The notes under the pieces were generated by a model. That model was not told the DNA's origin and made no database searches. It worked only from the letters and a program-made list of their open reading frames with translations. A program made the position numbers and the translations under genes. This document shows, one piece after another, positions 25,691 to 38,136 of a stretch of 64,000 nucleotides of DNA. Where the stretch lies: positions 159,340,001-159,404,000 of the forward strand of contig NC_091983.1 in NCBI RefSeq assembly GCF_044704955.1, given 5' to 3'. This DNA is from Pristiophorus japonicus. Taxonomy: Eukaryota. Positions within the stretch are counted from its first letter, which is position 1, and every line of letters begins with the position of its first letter.

Positions 25691-27254
25691 AAGGTGGAGA
25701 TACAATAAAATGAAAGGAACTTTGAATTTAACATTAATATTTAATGGGTTTTATTGTTGCTGAACCTCTTCTAAAGATGGTTGCTAATAATGTGGTTGTT
25801 AAGTGTATATTTGTGAATCTGTATGTCTGACCATGTATTGTACAGGTAAGTAAATAGTAACATAACTGACAAATGCCATATTAGTTGGGGTAAAAAACCC
25901 CCGAATATTTTCTTAAGGATTGCGCAATGATTTATAAGGATAAATATTGTGAGGCTCTGTTCCATTTAGATCAGTGAATCGGGAGTAGTGGTCAGCAAGC
26001 CTAAATTGGGATGCCCCTGACCTTCTGGATATTAATTGTAATGTCCTCCACCACCAGAACAACCCATTAAGGGAGGAAGGATAGGATGGTGTGCGCATCT
26101 GACCATTCGCTTCCCCTATCGAATGTGTATGATTAGGTTTGAGCTTGTGCAGGACAGAACTGAATCTGCTCTTCCTGCCATTCCCCCCACGCCCCCACTC
26201 CAGACATGGAATACTCTACGACCCAAACTTCTCTAATGATGCAGACTTGACAGAACGTAGAGCTACAAAAAGGTCAACGTGAAACAAGTTTGAACTTTTT
26301 TCTACCGGAGCATAATAATTGTATCACCATTTGAAAAAAAATTAAGCTAATACAACAAAACAGATTGGAGACATGCATATTTATGAAATATTCCATAAAC
26401 ATTTTGATGTGAATAACTAGCATGTGCTTTGTGTCTAACACCTAAATCTTTAGGTTATTAATTTAGTTAAAATGTTGACCTAACAGGTCAGATTGATTAG
26501 GAATCAGACCCTCTTAAGTTACTCAAAGATAGTCTTGAAATCTTGGAGCAGTCACTATTAATTTGGAGGGCTGTTCAAATAGTATACGTTGGCTAAAGTA
26601 TGATGATAATATTAACAGCATATAACATATCCATATAGCATATAACATATGTGTTGCATCACTAATAATATGAATTAACAATACATTTTTGATTTTTTTG
26701 TAATTGAATAGTTCCTTCAACAATTTGCTTTATGTAACTCTTTTCTACTCTGGCTCAAAGTACTTAATCTTTCAGCCATTTAGAGCATTGAGGTAATCAA
26801 CCACACATACAGACATGGATAAAGCTACTGTTAAAACATTTCTCTACATCGCTCTACATAGCATAGTAACTATTACTGAGATTGAGAACAGCCATAATGT
26901 TATTAAGATCGATGAAAGTTGATGAACTATGAACAAACTATATATTTTTTAAGTATTTTGAATTCCAAATATTCTGATTTCAGGAAGTGTTAGAATTAGA
27001 TTTAATTTATTAAGGTAGACTTGCAATATTTTAACGGTAGTATGTAGAGGTAACTGGCTAATGTGACATTGCTAGCATTAATCAGATATGATCTATTTAC
27101 TTATTTGCACAGTGATTTTTTTAACAGCAACAAAACTGCACTTTTATAGAGATTGTTTCAGGGGGTGGAGGATCCAAACAGGAAGGAGAGACATTAGGAG
27201 GGGGTGGGGATGGGGGGGGGGGGGGGGGTGAGGGGGCTGTAGGGATGGCTAATG

Positions 27255-27640
27255 AGGTAAATTTTAAGGATGCTTTTAAAGATGACAGGAGAAGTAGCAA
27301 GGCAAAAGAGTTTAGGGTGAAATTTCCAAAGTACAAAACCATAGCTGAAACTTCTGCAACTGTTAGTGAACCAGAACTGGAAAGTTCATGCTGAGGCATT
27401 GGGTTAGATTACTGAGGATGGGAAGAGGTAAGTCTTAGAAGGAAATAAAAATGAGGCTGAGGATTTAAAGTTGATTCATTGTGGGATGAGGAACTAATGG
27501 AAGTTAGTGAAGATGGGGATTATAGAAGTGAGGGCACTTAGTTTGGGATAGGAGATGAATGGCAGACTTCAAAATGAGTTAAATTTGACATAAAATAGAA
27601 CTTGAAAAGTTGCAAGGGGAGTTTTGATGAATCAAATCTA
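27255..27640 (-). mobile_element. Old L2-like LINE remnant
   Basis: Purine-rich strand whose reverse complement resembles the L2 3' end at 10480-10550. Confidence 0.4.
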
Positions 27641-28548
27641 GAGATGTAGAAGGTGTTGGATATATTGCAAAGGTGTTCTTGGGGAGGGACTGGATATAGG
27701 GTTTTAGTTCAGCTCAATATCAAGCAGGACACAGAGATTCAGCCTTACCAAGCATCGGGGAAGGGGGGTGGAATCCGTACTAAAGTATACAGATATCTGA
27801 ACAAGTTGGCTTCAGTTTTGCTGGAGAAAGGTCTGCCTTATCCACAACCTGATGTTAGACAGTCAGACAGCACAGCTAAAGTCTGGCGATGTGCTCCCAA
27901 AGTGCGTGGAGCAGCTATGGCAGCTGCTTGCTGTGGGGTGCTGCAGTCCCATTGGGATAGTTATGGTATGAGACCTCTGGGTTCTGGGCAATACAACGTC
28001 CTTGTATCAGCTGGAGCCACATCTGACGATGCAAGGGCTACCCGTGGCTATATACTGTTTGAAACTTCCTCCATCCTTTGAGGTGCCTACCTGAAGTGGA
28101 AACTTGTAGCATCTTCTTGAGAGAGGAAACTGTGTTCTTGGACCCTTTTCTGCCATTGCCCTTGGTGCTGAGCTTCTCAGCTGCCTCCAATGTGGGTGAT
28201 GGCTGCTGTCACAGTTGTTTCCAATCGATCGCCTATGAAATCCAGCAGTGAAAGCCTCCCGTAACTTTGCCCATTGTCTCAATGATGTTAATCACAGCAT
28301 TTGTGAAATAACTCTGTTCTGTGTTTGTTTCTTTAGTGATTTGCACCTCCCCAACAGATGAAGCCATATCACTCTGTACATCAGCAAATCCCTGCGACAG
28401 CACTTCAGTGAGGTCAGAGGTACACTGCTGTATATTCTCTGACAGCAGCTGCTGGCTGCTCAAGGTGGACTCAGAGAAGGTTGCCGAACCCTTGTGCTCT
28501 TGAGAAACTCCTGTCTGAAGGCAAACTCAGTAGGATACTCATCCTCTG

Positions 28549-31500
28549 TGTTATGTCTTTAGATATTATGATAATGACTCCACGAGGCAATGTGTTGTAC
28601 TTGAACTGTAGTGACCTTAGTCCTTTATTGATAACTCCAGAGTGACGATCACACATGGTGGCCTGCCTTTTATACTAGGCCAGGCACACCTGTATAGGTA
28701 ACCTGCAAGTCTCCCACTGTGGTGCCCTCTGGTGGCAAACCTTGTAATAGTGCAAGCAGTAACCATGTAGGATACATGACATCACTCTCCCACAAGCCTT
28801 TAGTGCAAATTGCCTCTGCATTGACTGTTCTCTGGCTTAGTTCGATCTGGTTGACCCTTGGCGGGTCGTTTCTATTTTGGGTGAGTGGTTGGTGTTTCGT
28901 TGGCAGTAGAGTGCTGGTGGTTTCTGTTTGTGTGTGTCCATGACTACTCCATTCTCTCCCCCACCCCCCCCCCCCCCCCACCACATATAGATTATGCCAG
29001 AGACTCATTACATTCATATACATTCAAGTCCAGAAAAAAAAAGTTTGCATTACATTTGTGGTTCAGTAGTGAGACAAGTACATTCAACTGGTGAGATACA
29101 TTATTGATACATAGTGGGGATCGGTAACTGGTGCGTAAGGACAAGTTAGTTCCAGAACTGCTGGATGGTGTCCAGGCAGTCTGGTGATGATGTGGTGCCC
29201 AGTGCTGGCAGTGGGAACCCGGTTGGCTCAAGTTGCCTGCTCACGAGGCTGTTGCCGTTGCTCCTAGCCTCGGGCAGGTTCACAGATACCTGTGACCTCC
29301 CTGTCCTTTCTTTGCGCCCCGGGTCGCTGCTGCTCCCTGAGGAGCTGTTGTCTAGCAGGGCACAGGGAACTGCTGACTCACTTGCCTTGGCATTGTTTGG
29401 TTTGGGATCCTGGCTGGTCTTGTTCCCCTTTGGAAGAACTGTTGCAGGTGACCCTTTGTTCCCGGGTATGGCCTTGGTGGCGCTGGGGTCTGTGGGCTGT
29501 GCCTCAGCACAGTTTGCTCTTTCAGGCTTATGGCGGTTGGTGCCATCGGGTGCCTGAGAGGTGGAGTCAATCAGGGGCAGGGTATCGATACCGGTGACGT
29601 TGCCCTCCTGAGATCACTTGCTCTGCAGCTCATATGTATAGCTGCTTGTGGCCACACTCCATGGTGCATAACTTTGGTCCCAGGGACGCAGGCTACTACA
29701 TTGGGTAGCTTGCTGGGCCTGTGTGCTTTTGATGGGTGTCTGCCTGCTGCATTGACTGAGTGCAGTTGAAATCCTACATCGCACAATGTTTCATTACTCA
29801 TTGTAAATAACCTATGGCTCCGATAGCGATTGCGTGCCTTTTTTTTGCTTATTGCATGTACACAACGCTGATCATCAATTTCACATCTTACATCTGGCTC
29901 ACAATTGCTATTACATTGAGTCTCTTCTTTGCTTATTGCATGCATACAATTCTGATCATCAATTGCACATTTTACATCTAACTCACAGTTGCTCTTACAT
30001 TGTTTGAAAATGTGGAACTGTCCCTTTAAGTGTGGTGGGTTGCAGGCCTCCTTTAAGAGAGCCTTGCCATCTTTACCCCAATCCTCTTCTCCGTTTGGTG
30101 CCACGTGTTGCTCCATCAGCGCATCACCTCGTGGTTTGGGTACCATCTGTCCTCCATCCACGATGTTGACTGCGGTGATTCTCTTCTCCACGGATTCTGC
30201 CACCGAAGCTGGTTGTCGCCTTTGGATCCGATTTTCTTCATCCGGAGTCCTGCCACTGGAGCCTGGAAGGTGCATTCGGGTCGTCTCAGCTGGATCATCT
30301 CCACGCTGTCGTGCTGAGCAGTCTGTGCCTCGGATGGTGTGCTGGTCTGCTCTCTGGTGCTGGGTCCACCCTCAAGTGAGGGTTTGCTTTGCCTCCGAGC
30401 GCGGAGGACGTCGATCGCTAGAGGGATGAAGTCTTCCCAACTCCAATGGATCTTCTCCATCCACCTTCTTCCGAGTAGCGTTGGTCCATCACCTGCAACA
30501 ATCCACAGCGGTAACTTGTGCAACGTGCCATCATGGAGTAGCTTTACATCCGCACTACCAACGACTGGGATAAGTTCATTGGTGTAGGTGCGCAGCTTTG
30601 CCTGAACCGGGACTAACTTGGGTCGTTCAGCTTGATTGTCCCATAGCCTCTCAAAGGTTTCTTGATTGATTACTGACTGGCTTGCCCCCATGTCCACTTC
30701 CATGAAGACTAGAACACCATCTATCTCAACTTCCATCCTCAATGGGGAACACTCGGTGGTGCAGGTAAACATGCTATATACCTCATCATGGGGCTGAGCT
30801 GCCTCTCTGGATTCATGGCCAGCTGCAGACTCTTCATCAACTGAGTCATATTTCTCTTACACATTCACTGGAGGTGGCCCTTTGAGCTACAGCCTTTATG
30901 GTACTGGTGAGCCCTGTGATTCCCTCCACAACGCCAGCATGGAGCTACTCGACTAGCCCCCCTCGGCGAACTCTGAGTTAAGGGACTTGGGGGCCTGTTC
31001 TCTCTTCCCTGAGAAGATTCGCATTCTACAGTCCAGCCTCTAAAAGGCACCACTCTGTACACAGTACTTGCCGGGTTTGAGTCCTGAGGATGAGTCATCT
31101 GCCTAGAGCCGCAGGTCGAGGTCATGAATGCCTGGCTCACGGAGATGGCCTTCTGTAGTGACTGTGGTATCCGCAAACAGTAGCTTATGAAGAAGACCGT
31201 CATGGCCGATTCCAATGACAAAAATATCCCGCACTGCTTCGGTGAGGTGGTTGCCAAAGTCACATGGTGCTGCCAGCCTCCTGAGGTCTGCAGCATATTT
31301 CGCGATTTCCTGGCCTTCAGGCCGAAGGTGGGTGTAGAACCGGTGTCTGGCTGTGAGGATACTCTCCTTGGGCTTGAGTTGCTCTTGGATCAGCGTACGT
31401 CTTGGTCATTGTCTTTGCTGGTGCCAGCAAGTCCCTGACGAGGCCATAGACGGTGGGCCCACAACTGGTTAGCAAGATAGCTCAGCGCTTATCAGCCAGT

Positions 31501-31886
31501 GTGGCTGGGTTGTCGCCTGCCAGGTCGTTTGCTGTGAAGAAATGGTCAAGCCTCTCCACAAAGGCATTCCAATCATCACCATCGGCGAACTGCTGCAATG
31601 AACGTACCAAGGGTAGCCATTTTCGCGTGAAGGTCCGTAATCTCGTCGCCAATTGTTATGTCTTTAGATGCTCTGATAATGACTCCATGAAGCAATGTGT
31701 TGTACTTGAACTGTAGTAACCTTAGTCCTTTATTGATAACTCCAGAGTGAGGATCACGCATGGTGGCCTGCCTTTTATACTATGCCAGGCACACCTGTAC
31801 AGGTAACCTGCATATCTCCCACAGCGGTGCCCTCTGGTGGCACACCTTGTAATAGTGCAAGCAGTAACCATGTAGGATACATGACA
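28549..31886 (-). mobile_element. Non-autonomous gag-protease-only Gypsy LTR element E3
   Basis: 233-bp LTRs 31654-31886 and 28549-28781, perfect TSD CTCTG, PBS TGGCGACGAG (31642-31651), PPT GGGAGAGTGA. Has gag with CWRCGGNH and protease MEVDMGASQS...LLGRRW, but no RT, RNaseH or IN. Confidence 0.93.
29571..30275 (-). other. ORF of unknown function in E3 with a 29-aa Cys/His tandem repeat
   Basis: 234-aa ORF containing an 87-bp in-frame repeat (~29841-30002): QCKSNCELDVKCAIDDQNCMHAISKEET / QCNSNCEPDVRCEIDDQRCVHAISKKKA. Confidence 0.4.
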
Positions 31887-32094
31887 CTCTGCCCATGCCC
31901 CAAACAACATGGCTCGCAGCATTATCAGATCTCTCTGCTTTGTCTCCTGCCACCTTCATTTATTCCTCCCCTGACCTTTGTGTTCCACCTGATGCCCCTG
32001 CCTCAAACTCACTAACAACGCTCCAAGGTGTGAGTATGTGGGCTGGAGCTTGGGGCAGGTGAAGTGCTGGACACAACAAGGTGACAGATGCTTG

Positions 32095-32566
32095 AAAGAA
32101 AAAGAAAGACTTGCATTTATATAGCACCTTCCACAACCACCGGATGTCTCACAACGCTTTATAGCCAATTATGTATTTTTGGAGTATAATCACTGTTGTA
32201 ATGTGGGAAACGAGACAGTCAATTTGTACACACCAAGCTCCCACAAACAGCACTCTGATAATGACCAGATAATCTGTTTTTTGTTATGTTGATTGATGGA
32301 TAAATATTGGCCAGGACACCCTGGATAGCTCCCTTGCTCTTCTTCGAAATAGTGCCATTGGATCTTTTATATCCACTTGAGAGAGCAGACAGGGCCTTGG
32401 TTTAACATCTCATCCGAAAGATGGCACCACCAACAGTGCAGCACTCCCTCCATACTGCACTGCATAGTCAGCATAGATTTTTGTGCTCAAGTCCCTGGAG
32501 TGGGACTTGAAGCTGCAACTTTCTGACTCAGAGGCGACTGTGTGACCCATTGATCCAAGCTGACAC
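32095..32566 (-). mobile_element. DeuSINE (SacSINE1/AmnSINE-like) tRNA-derived SINE, near full length
   Basis: On the minus strand: tRNA-like head, Deu-type core (CTTTCGGATGAGATGTTAAACC...GGCACTATTTCGAAGAAGAGCA) and L2-like tail ATATAAATGCAAGTCTTTC. Confidence 0.8.
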
Positions 32567-33231
32567 TTGGGGATGAGCTGCCACTTCCTTTAGTTTCCTC
32601 ACCTTGCAAAAATAAAATGACTACATTTTACAATGTTTAAAAAAAATCATTTTGCTACAACACTTTTTATGTGTGATTTTCTCCTAAAGTTTATTTTGTT
32701 AAATAGAATTATTTCCATTCTTGCTTAGGGTGTCAGCCATGAGGCGTTCCATATTTTGTATTACTTTTGCTCAGTTTGACTCATGACATTTTTAAAATCA
32801 TAATTAGATATCCTTATCTGATTTATTTAATGTATATTTAAATGAATTGTGGACTGGTGCCTTCTTTGTCAATGATTTGTGCAAGGAAGAGAGCCTGTAG
32901 CATATAACTGTTGGATGTTGTTACTTAGAGGGCAACTGGCAATGCAATATAATTTGCTCAGCTTGAATTTCTTTAGCTTAATTTATCCAAAAATAGTCTG
33001 CTATGCCCAACCCAACTTACAATTATTTCTTAGTTAGAGTCAGGTCATTTATTTTGGACATTTAACCTGTTCCTTCTGGTGCTGAATTTGTCATTATCTT
33101 CTTCCTGGTGTGCTGCTCATGCTACATCTGATTTAAGCTAATGTTCTTTTATGAACATATTTATGGTGGTCTGGCATTATGAAGACCATCTTCAATATGT
33201 TGTAAATATTGGAATTTGTCACTGAAGCAAT

Positions 33232-33288
33232 ATATCCACCTGAGAGAGCAGACGGGGCTTTGGTAAAACGTCTCATCAGAAAGACGTT
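33232..33288 (-). mobile_element. DeuSINE fragment
   Basis: Matches 32368-32425. Confidence 0.7.
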
Positions 33289-33298
33289 AATTGCAAGG

Positions 33299-36200
33299 TG
33301 TTATATCTGTGGACTTGTATTTACTCTGTTAAGCCACCAGAGGGCTCTTCCCCTGGAGTCCCAAGGGATCCCATAATCCCTTGGGAGCACAGGTATTTAA
33401 GGAGGCTTCACAGGTTGGAGAGGCACTGTGGAGACCTGCACTAAAGGACTAAGGTCATACTTACTTTGAGCTCACAGTGTTCAGTCTGACTCTTTCTCCA
33501 TACATAACAACTGGCGATGAGATACAGATAGCGAACCCAAAGATGCATAGATACATGCAGTGGGCATCCTGGAGAAATTTTCGGAGGGAGATGATTGGGA
33601 AACTTTTGTGGAGTGACTTGACCAATACTTTGTGGCCAATGAGCTAGATGGGGAAGAGAGCGCTGCCAAACGAAGGGTGATCCTCCTCACCGTCTGTGGG
33701 ACACCAACGTATGGCCTCATGAAGAATCTGCTCACTCCAGCGAAACCCACGGAAAAATCTTATGACAATTTGTGTACACTGGTCCGAGAGCATTTGAACC
33801 TGAGGGAAAGCGATCTGATGGCGTTCTACAAAAGGTCTGAAGGCCAGGAAGTGGCGAGTTATGTCGCCGAGCTGAGACGCCTTGCAGGACATTGCGAATT
33901 TGAAGGACATTTGGAGCACATGCTCAGAGACTTTTTTGTACTTGGCATTGGCCACGAAACGATACTTCTCAAACTTTTGACTGTAGAGGCCCCAACCTTG
34001 AGTAGGGCAATAGCGATAGCCCAGGCGTTCATTGCCACCAGTGACAATACGAAGCAAATCTCTCAGCACACAAGTGCTGCTACAACTATTGTGAACAAAG
34101 TGATGTTGTTTTTGAATTGTAACGTGCAGGGCAGGTCACATATACCCGCAGCTGCACGTCCGCAGATGACTCAGAATCCACCATCAAGGGTGATAAATGC
34201 AAGGCCATTAACACCTTGTTGGCACTGCGGGGGTAATCATCGTTTCCATTCATGCCGTTTCAAAGAGTACGTTTGCAAGGGCTGTGGAACAATGGGACAC
34301 CTCCAACGAGTGTGCAGGTGAGCTGCTAAGCCTTCTAAACCTGCAAACCACCATGTTGCAGAGGAGGACAGATCCACGGAGAACCACGACGAACAAGAGC
34401 CTCAGATAGAGGAGGCAGAGGTACATGGGGTGCACACATTCACCATGAATTGTCCCCCGATAATGCTGAATATTGAACTAAACGGACTCCTGGTCTCAAT
34501 GGAGCTGGACACGGGTGCGAGCCAGTCCATCATGGGCAAAAAGACTTTTGAAAGGTTGTGGTGCAACAAGGCCTCAAGGCCAGTCTTAACTCCAGTTCGC
34601 ACGAAACTAAGAACTTACACGAAAGAACTAATTCCTGTAATCGGCAGTGCTACCGTAAAGGTCTCCTATGATGGAGCGGTGCACTCTGGGTGGTACCGGG
34701 TGATGGTCCCACACCGCTCGGCAGGAGCTGGCTGGGAAAGATACGCTGGAACTGGAATGACGTCCGAGCGCTATCGCCCGCTAACGACACTTCGTGTGCC
34801 CAGGTCTTAAACAAATTTCCTTTGCTGTTCGAACCAGGCATTGGGAAATTCCAAGGAGCAAAAGTGCAGATCCATCTAATCCCGTGAGTGCGACCCATCC
34901 ATCAAAGGGTGAGAGCAGTACCGTACATGATGAGAGAAAGGGTAGAGATCAAGCTAGACTGGCTGCAATGAGAGGGTATCATTTCACCGATCGAGTTCAG
35001 CGAGTGGGCCAATCCTATTGTCCCAGTCCTCAAGGGAGATGGCACCATCAGAATCTGTGGTGATTACAAAGTAACTATCAATCGTTTCTCCCTGCAGGAC
35101 CAATACCCACTACCAAAGACCGATGACCTCTTTGCAACGCTGGCGGGAGGAAAGACGTTCACGAAGCTGGATCTGACTTCAGCCTACATGACGCAGGAAC
35201 TGGAGGAATCATCGAACGCCCTCACTTGCATCAACACGTACAAGGGTCTTTTTGTTTATAACAGATGCCCATTTGGAAGCCGACCAGTGGTGGCGATATT
35301 CCAGAGAAACATGGAAAGTTTGATAAAGTCAGTCCCGCACAACGTGGTCTTCCAGGACGACATCTTGGTCACAGGTCGGAACACAGTCGAGCATCTGCAG
35401 AACTTGGAGGAGGTTCTTAGTCGACCCAACCGCGTGGGGCTCAGGTTAAAACACTTGAAGTGCATTTTCCTGGCACCTGAAGTGGAGTTCTTGGGAAGGA
35501 AGATTGCGGCGGATGGCATCAGGCCCACCAACGTGAAGACGGAGGCAATCGAGAACGCACCGAGGCACTGAACGTGACGGAGCTGCAGCCGTTTCTGGGA
35601 CTCCTCAACTACTTTGGTAACTTCTTACCGGGTCTCAGCACACTGCTAGAACCACTACATGTCTTACTATGAAAAGGAGGCGAATGGGTTTAGGGCAAAA
35701 GCCAAGAAAATGCCTTTGAAAATTGTTATGCTCAAACAAATTGCTTGTGTTGTATGATCCATGTAAACGTTTGGTACTAGCATGTGATGCATCGTCATAT
35801 GGCATCGAATATGTATTGCAACAAGCTAATGATTTCAGGAAACTGCAACCGGTTGCTTATGCATCCAGGAGTCTGTCTAAGGTTGAGAGAGCCTACAGCA
35901 TGATTGAAAAAGAAGCGTTAGCATGTGTCTGTGGGGTAAAGAAAATGCATCAATACCTGTTTGGGCTAAAATTCGAATTGGAAACTGACCATAAGCCACT
36001 TATATCCCTGTTTTCCGAGAGTAAAGGGATTAATACCAAAGCATCGGCCCGCAACCAGAGATGGGCGCTCACATTTTTTTTTTTTTTTTTTTTTAATTAA
36101 ATTCGTAGCCAATCGTTTCCAATTCTTTGTCAAGTCACAAACGCCAGAGGTCACCCTGCACCAGTCAAGGATCACTCTGCGCCAATGCTCTTAGCCAAAA

Positions 36201-38136
36201 GGCCTAGAGCCACTGCACCGTTCCTGGAAGTACTGCAATACCAGGTTCGTGCCATGGAGGTGGATGGGTCAGGTCCCCCACACACCTCCGTGGAGGTGGA
36301 TGGGTCAAGCCATCCCACCCACCTCCTGTTTACAAAAATGTAAGCATATACCTTCCTGACCAGGGAGAAACCACCCGGAAGTCATGGTGGCTGGTCAGGT
36401 TAGTTATGCAGATCTTAGCCAAAAGGCCTCACATTGTCCACATACAACTATGCCATCTGCCACAGGCCAGGCACAGAAAACTGCGCCGATGCTCTCAGTC
36501 GGCTTCCATTGCCCACCACTGGGGTGGAAATGGCACAGTCTGCAGATCTAGCCATGGTTATGGAAGCACTTGAGAGTGAGCAATCACCCGTCACTGCCCG
36601 GCAGATCAAAACCTGGACAAGCCAGGACCCCTTATTATGTCTAGTCAAAAGTTGTGTGCTTCACGGGAGCTGGTCCAGTGTCCCAGTGGAAATGCAGGAA
36701 GAGATAAAGCCGTTCCAGCGGTGCAAAGATGAAATGTCTATACAGGCAGACTGCCTTCTGTGCGGCAATCGAGTAGTGATCCCCAAGAAAGGCAGAGACA
36801 TCTTCATCAATGACCTCCACAGTACCCACCCAGACATCGTAATGATGAAAGCGATAGCCAGATCCCATGTGTGGTGGCCCGGTATCGATGCGGACTTAGA
36901 GTCCTGTGTTCACAGATGTAATACATGCTCGCAGTTAAGCAATGTACTCAGGGAGGCGCCGCTAAGTTTATGGTCTTGGCCCTCCAAACCGTGGTTTAGG
37001 GTACACGTCGACTGTGCAGGCCCGTTCTTGGGTAAAATGTTCCTTGTGGTTGTAGACGCGTACTCCAAGTGGATTGAATGTGAGAAAATGTTGGCTAGCA
37101 CGTCCGCTGCCACTACTGAAAGCCTGCGGGCTATGTTTGCCACACACGGCTTACCCGATGTCCTGGTGAGCGACAACGGGCCACGTTTTACCAGTACTCC
37201 AAGTGGATTGAGTGAGCTGAGTTCAAAGAATTCATGACCCGTAACAGGATCAAACATGACACATCTGGCCGGTTTAAACCAGCGTCCAAAGGTCAGGCAG
37301 AGAGAGCAGTACAAACCATCAAGCAAGGCTTGAAGAGGGTAACTAAAGGCTCACTGCAGACTCGCCTATCCCGAGTCCTGCTTAGCTACTACATGAGACC
37401 CCACTCACTCACTGGGATCCCACCTGCTGAACTGCTTATGAAAAGAGCACTTAAGACAAAGTTCTCGTTAGTCCACCCTGATCTACATGAACAGGTAGAG
37501 AGCAAGCGGCTTCAACAAAGTGCATACCATGACAACGCAAATGTATCACAAGATTGACCTGTATTTGTTTTATATTATGTCTTGGCCAAAGAGGGAAGCA
37601 GGCTATTTCAGGTCAAACTTTCAAATGGACTCATTCACCGGAAACACTTGGACCAAATCAAACTCAGATTTACGGACTACCCTGAGCAACCCACCTAGGA
37701 CCCTACCTTTTTTGATCCCCCAACATACACACCAGTGGCAACCGGCACCATGGTTGACCATGAAGAAGAACCCATCATCCACAGCAGCCCTGCAGGGCCC
37801 AACACACCAGGCAGCCCAGCAAGGCCAGCTGCACAGCAGCCCAGCGAGGGCCCACCAAATGATTCAACAACACCAGCTTTCACACCGAGACGATCAACCA
37901 GGGCAAGAAGGGCCCCAGGTCGACTCACATTGTAAATAGTTACACTATTGACTTTGGGAGGCAGTGTTGTTATATATATGGACTTGTATTTACTCTGTAT
38001 AGTCACTTGGGAACACAGGTATTTAAGGAGGCTTCACAGGTTGGAAAGGCACTCTGGTGACCTGCAATAAAAGACTATGGTCACATTTTACTTTGAGCTC
38101 ATAGTGTTCAGTCTGACTCTTTCTCCATACACAACA
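33299..38136 (+). mobile_element. Gypsy (Mag-like) LTR element E4, full length but decayed
   Basis: LTRs 33299-33509 and 37968-38136 (the latter with a ~40-bp deletion), PBS TGGCGATGAG, gag-PR-RT(FQDD)-RH-IN remnants, degenerate TSD CAAGG/CAGAG. Confidence 0.94.
36076..36428 (-). mobile_element. U2 snRNA-derived poly(A) retroposon (candidate SINEU)
   Basis: TSD CTCACATT (36068-36075, 36428-36435) and a 21-nt T run. Contains the U2 5' segment GGCCTTTTGGCTAAGATC, Sm site ATTTTTG, two SL-III-like hairpins, SL IV ACCTGGTATTGCAGTACTTCCAGGAACGGTGCA and a second U2 head. Absent from the paralogous site in E5 (~44620). Confidence 0.88.

Noticed and set aside
27880-28540. Possible coding remnant around the E3 insertion site
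   Set aside because: Only short ORFs with no motif I can assign; it may be a decayed transposon ORF.
36076-36428. Functional U2 snRNA gene
   Set aside because: It lacks the first 10 nt and the GUAGUA branch-recognition region, has no promoter context, and has poly(A) plus a TSD inside a Gypsy pol.
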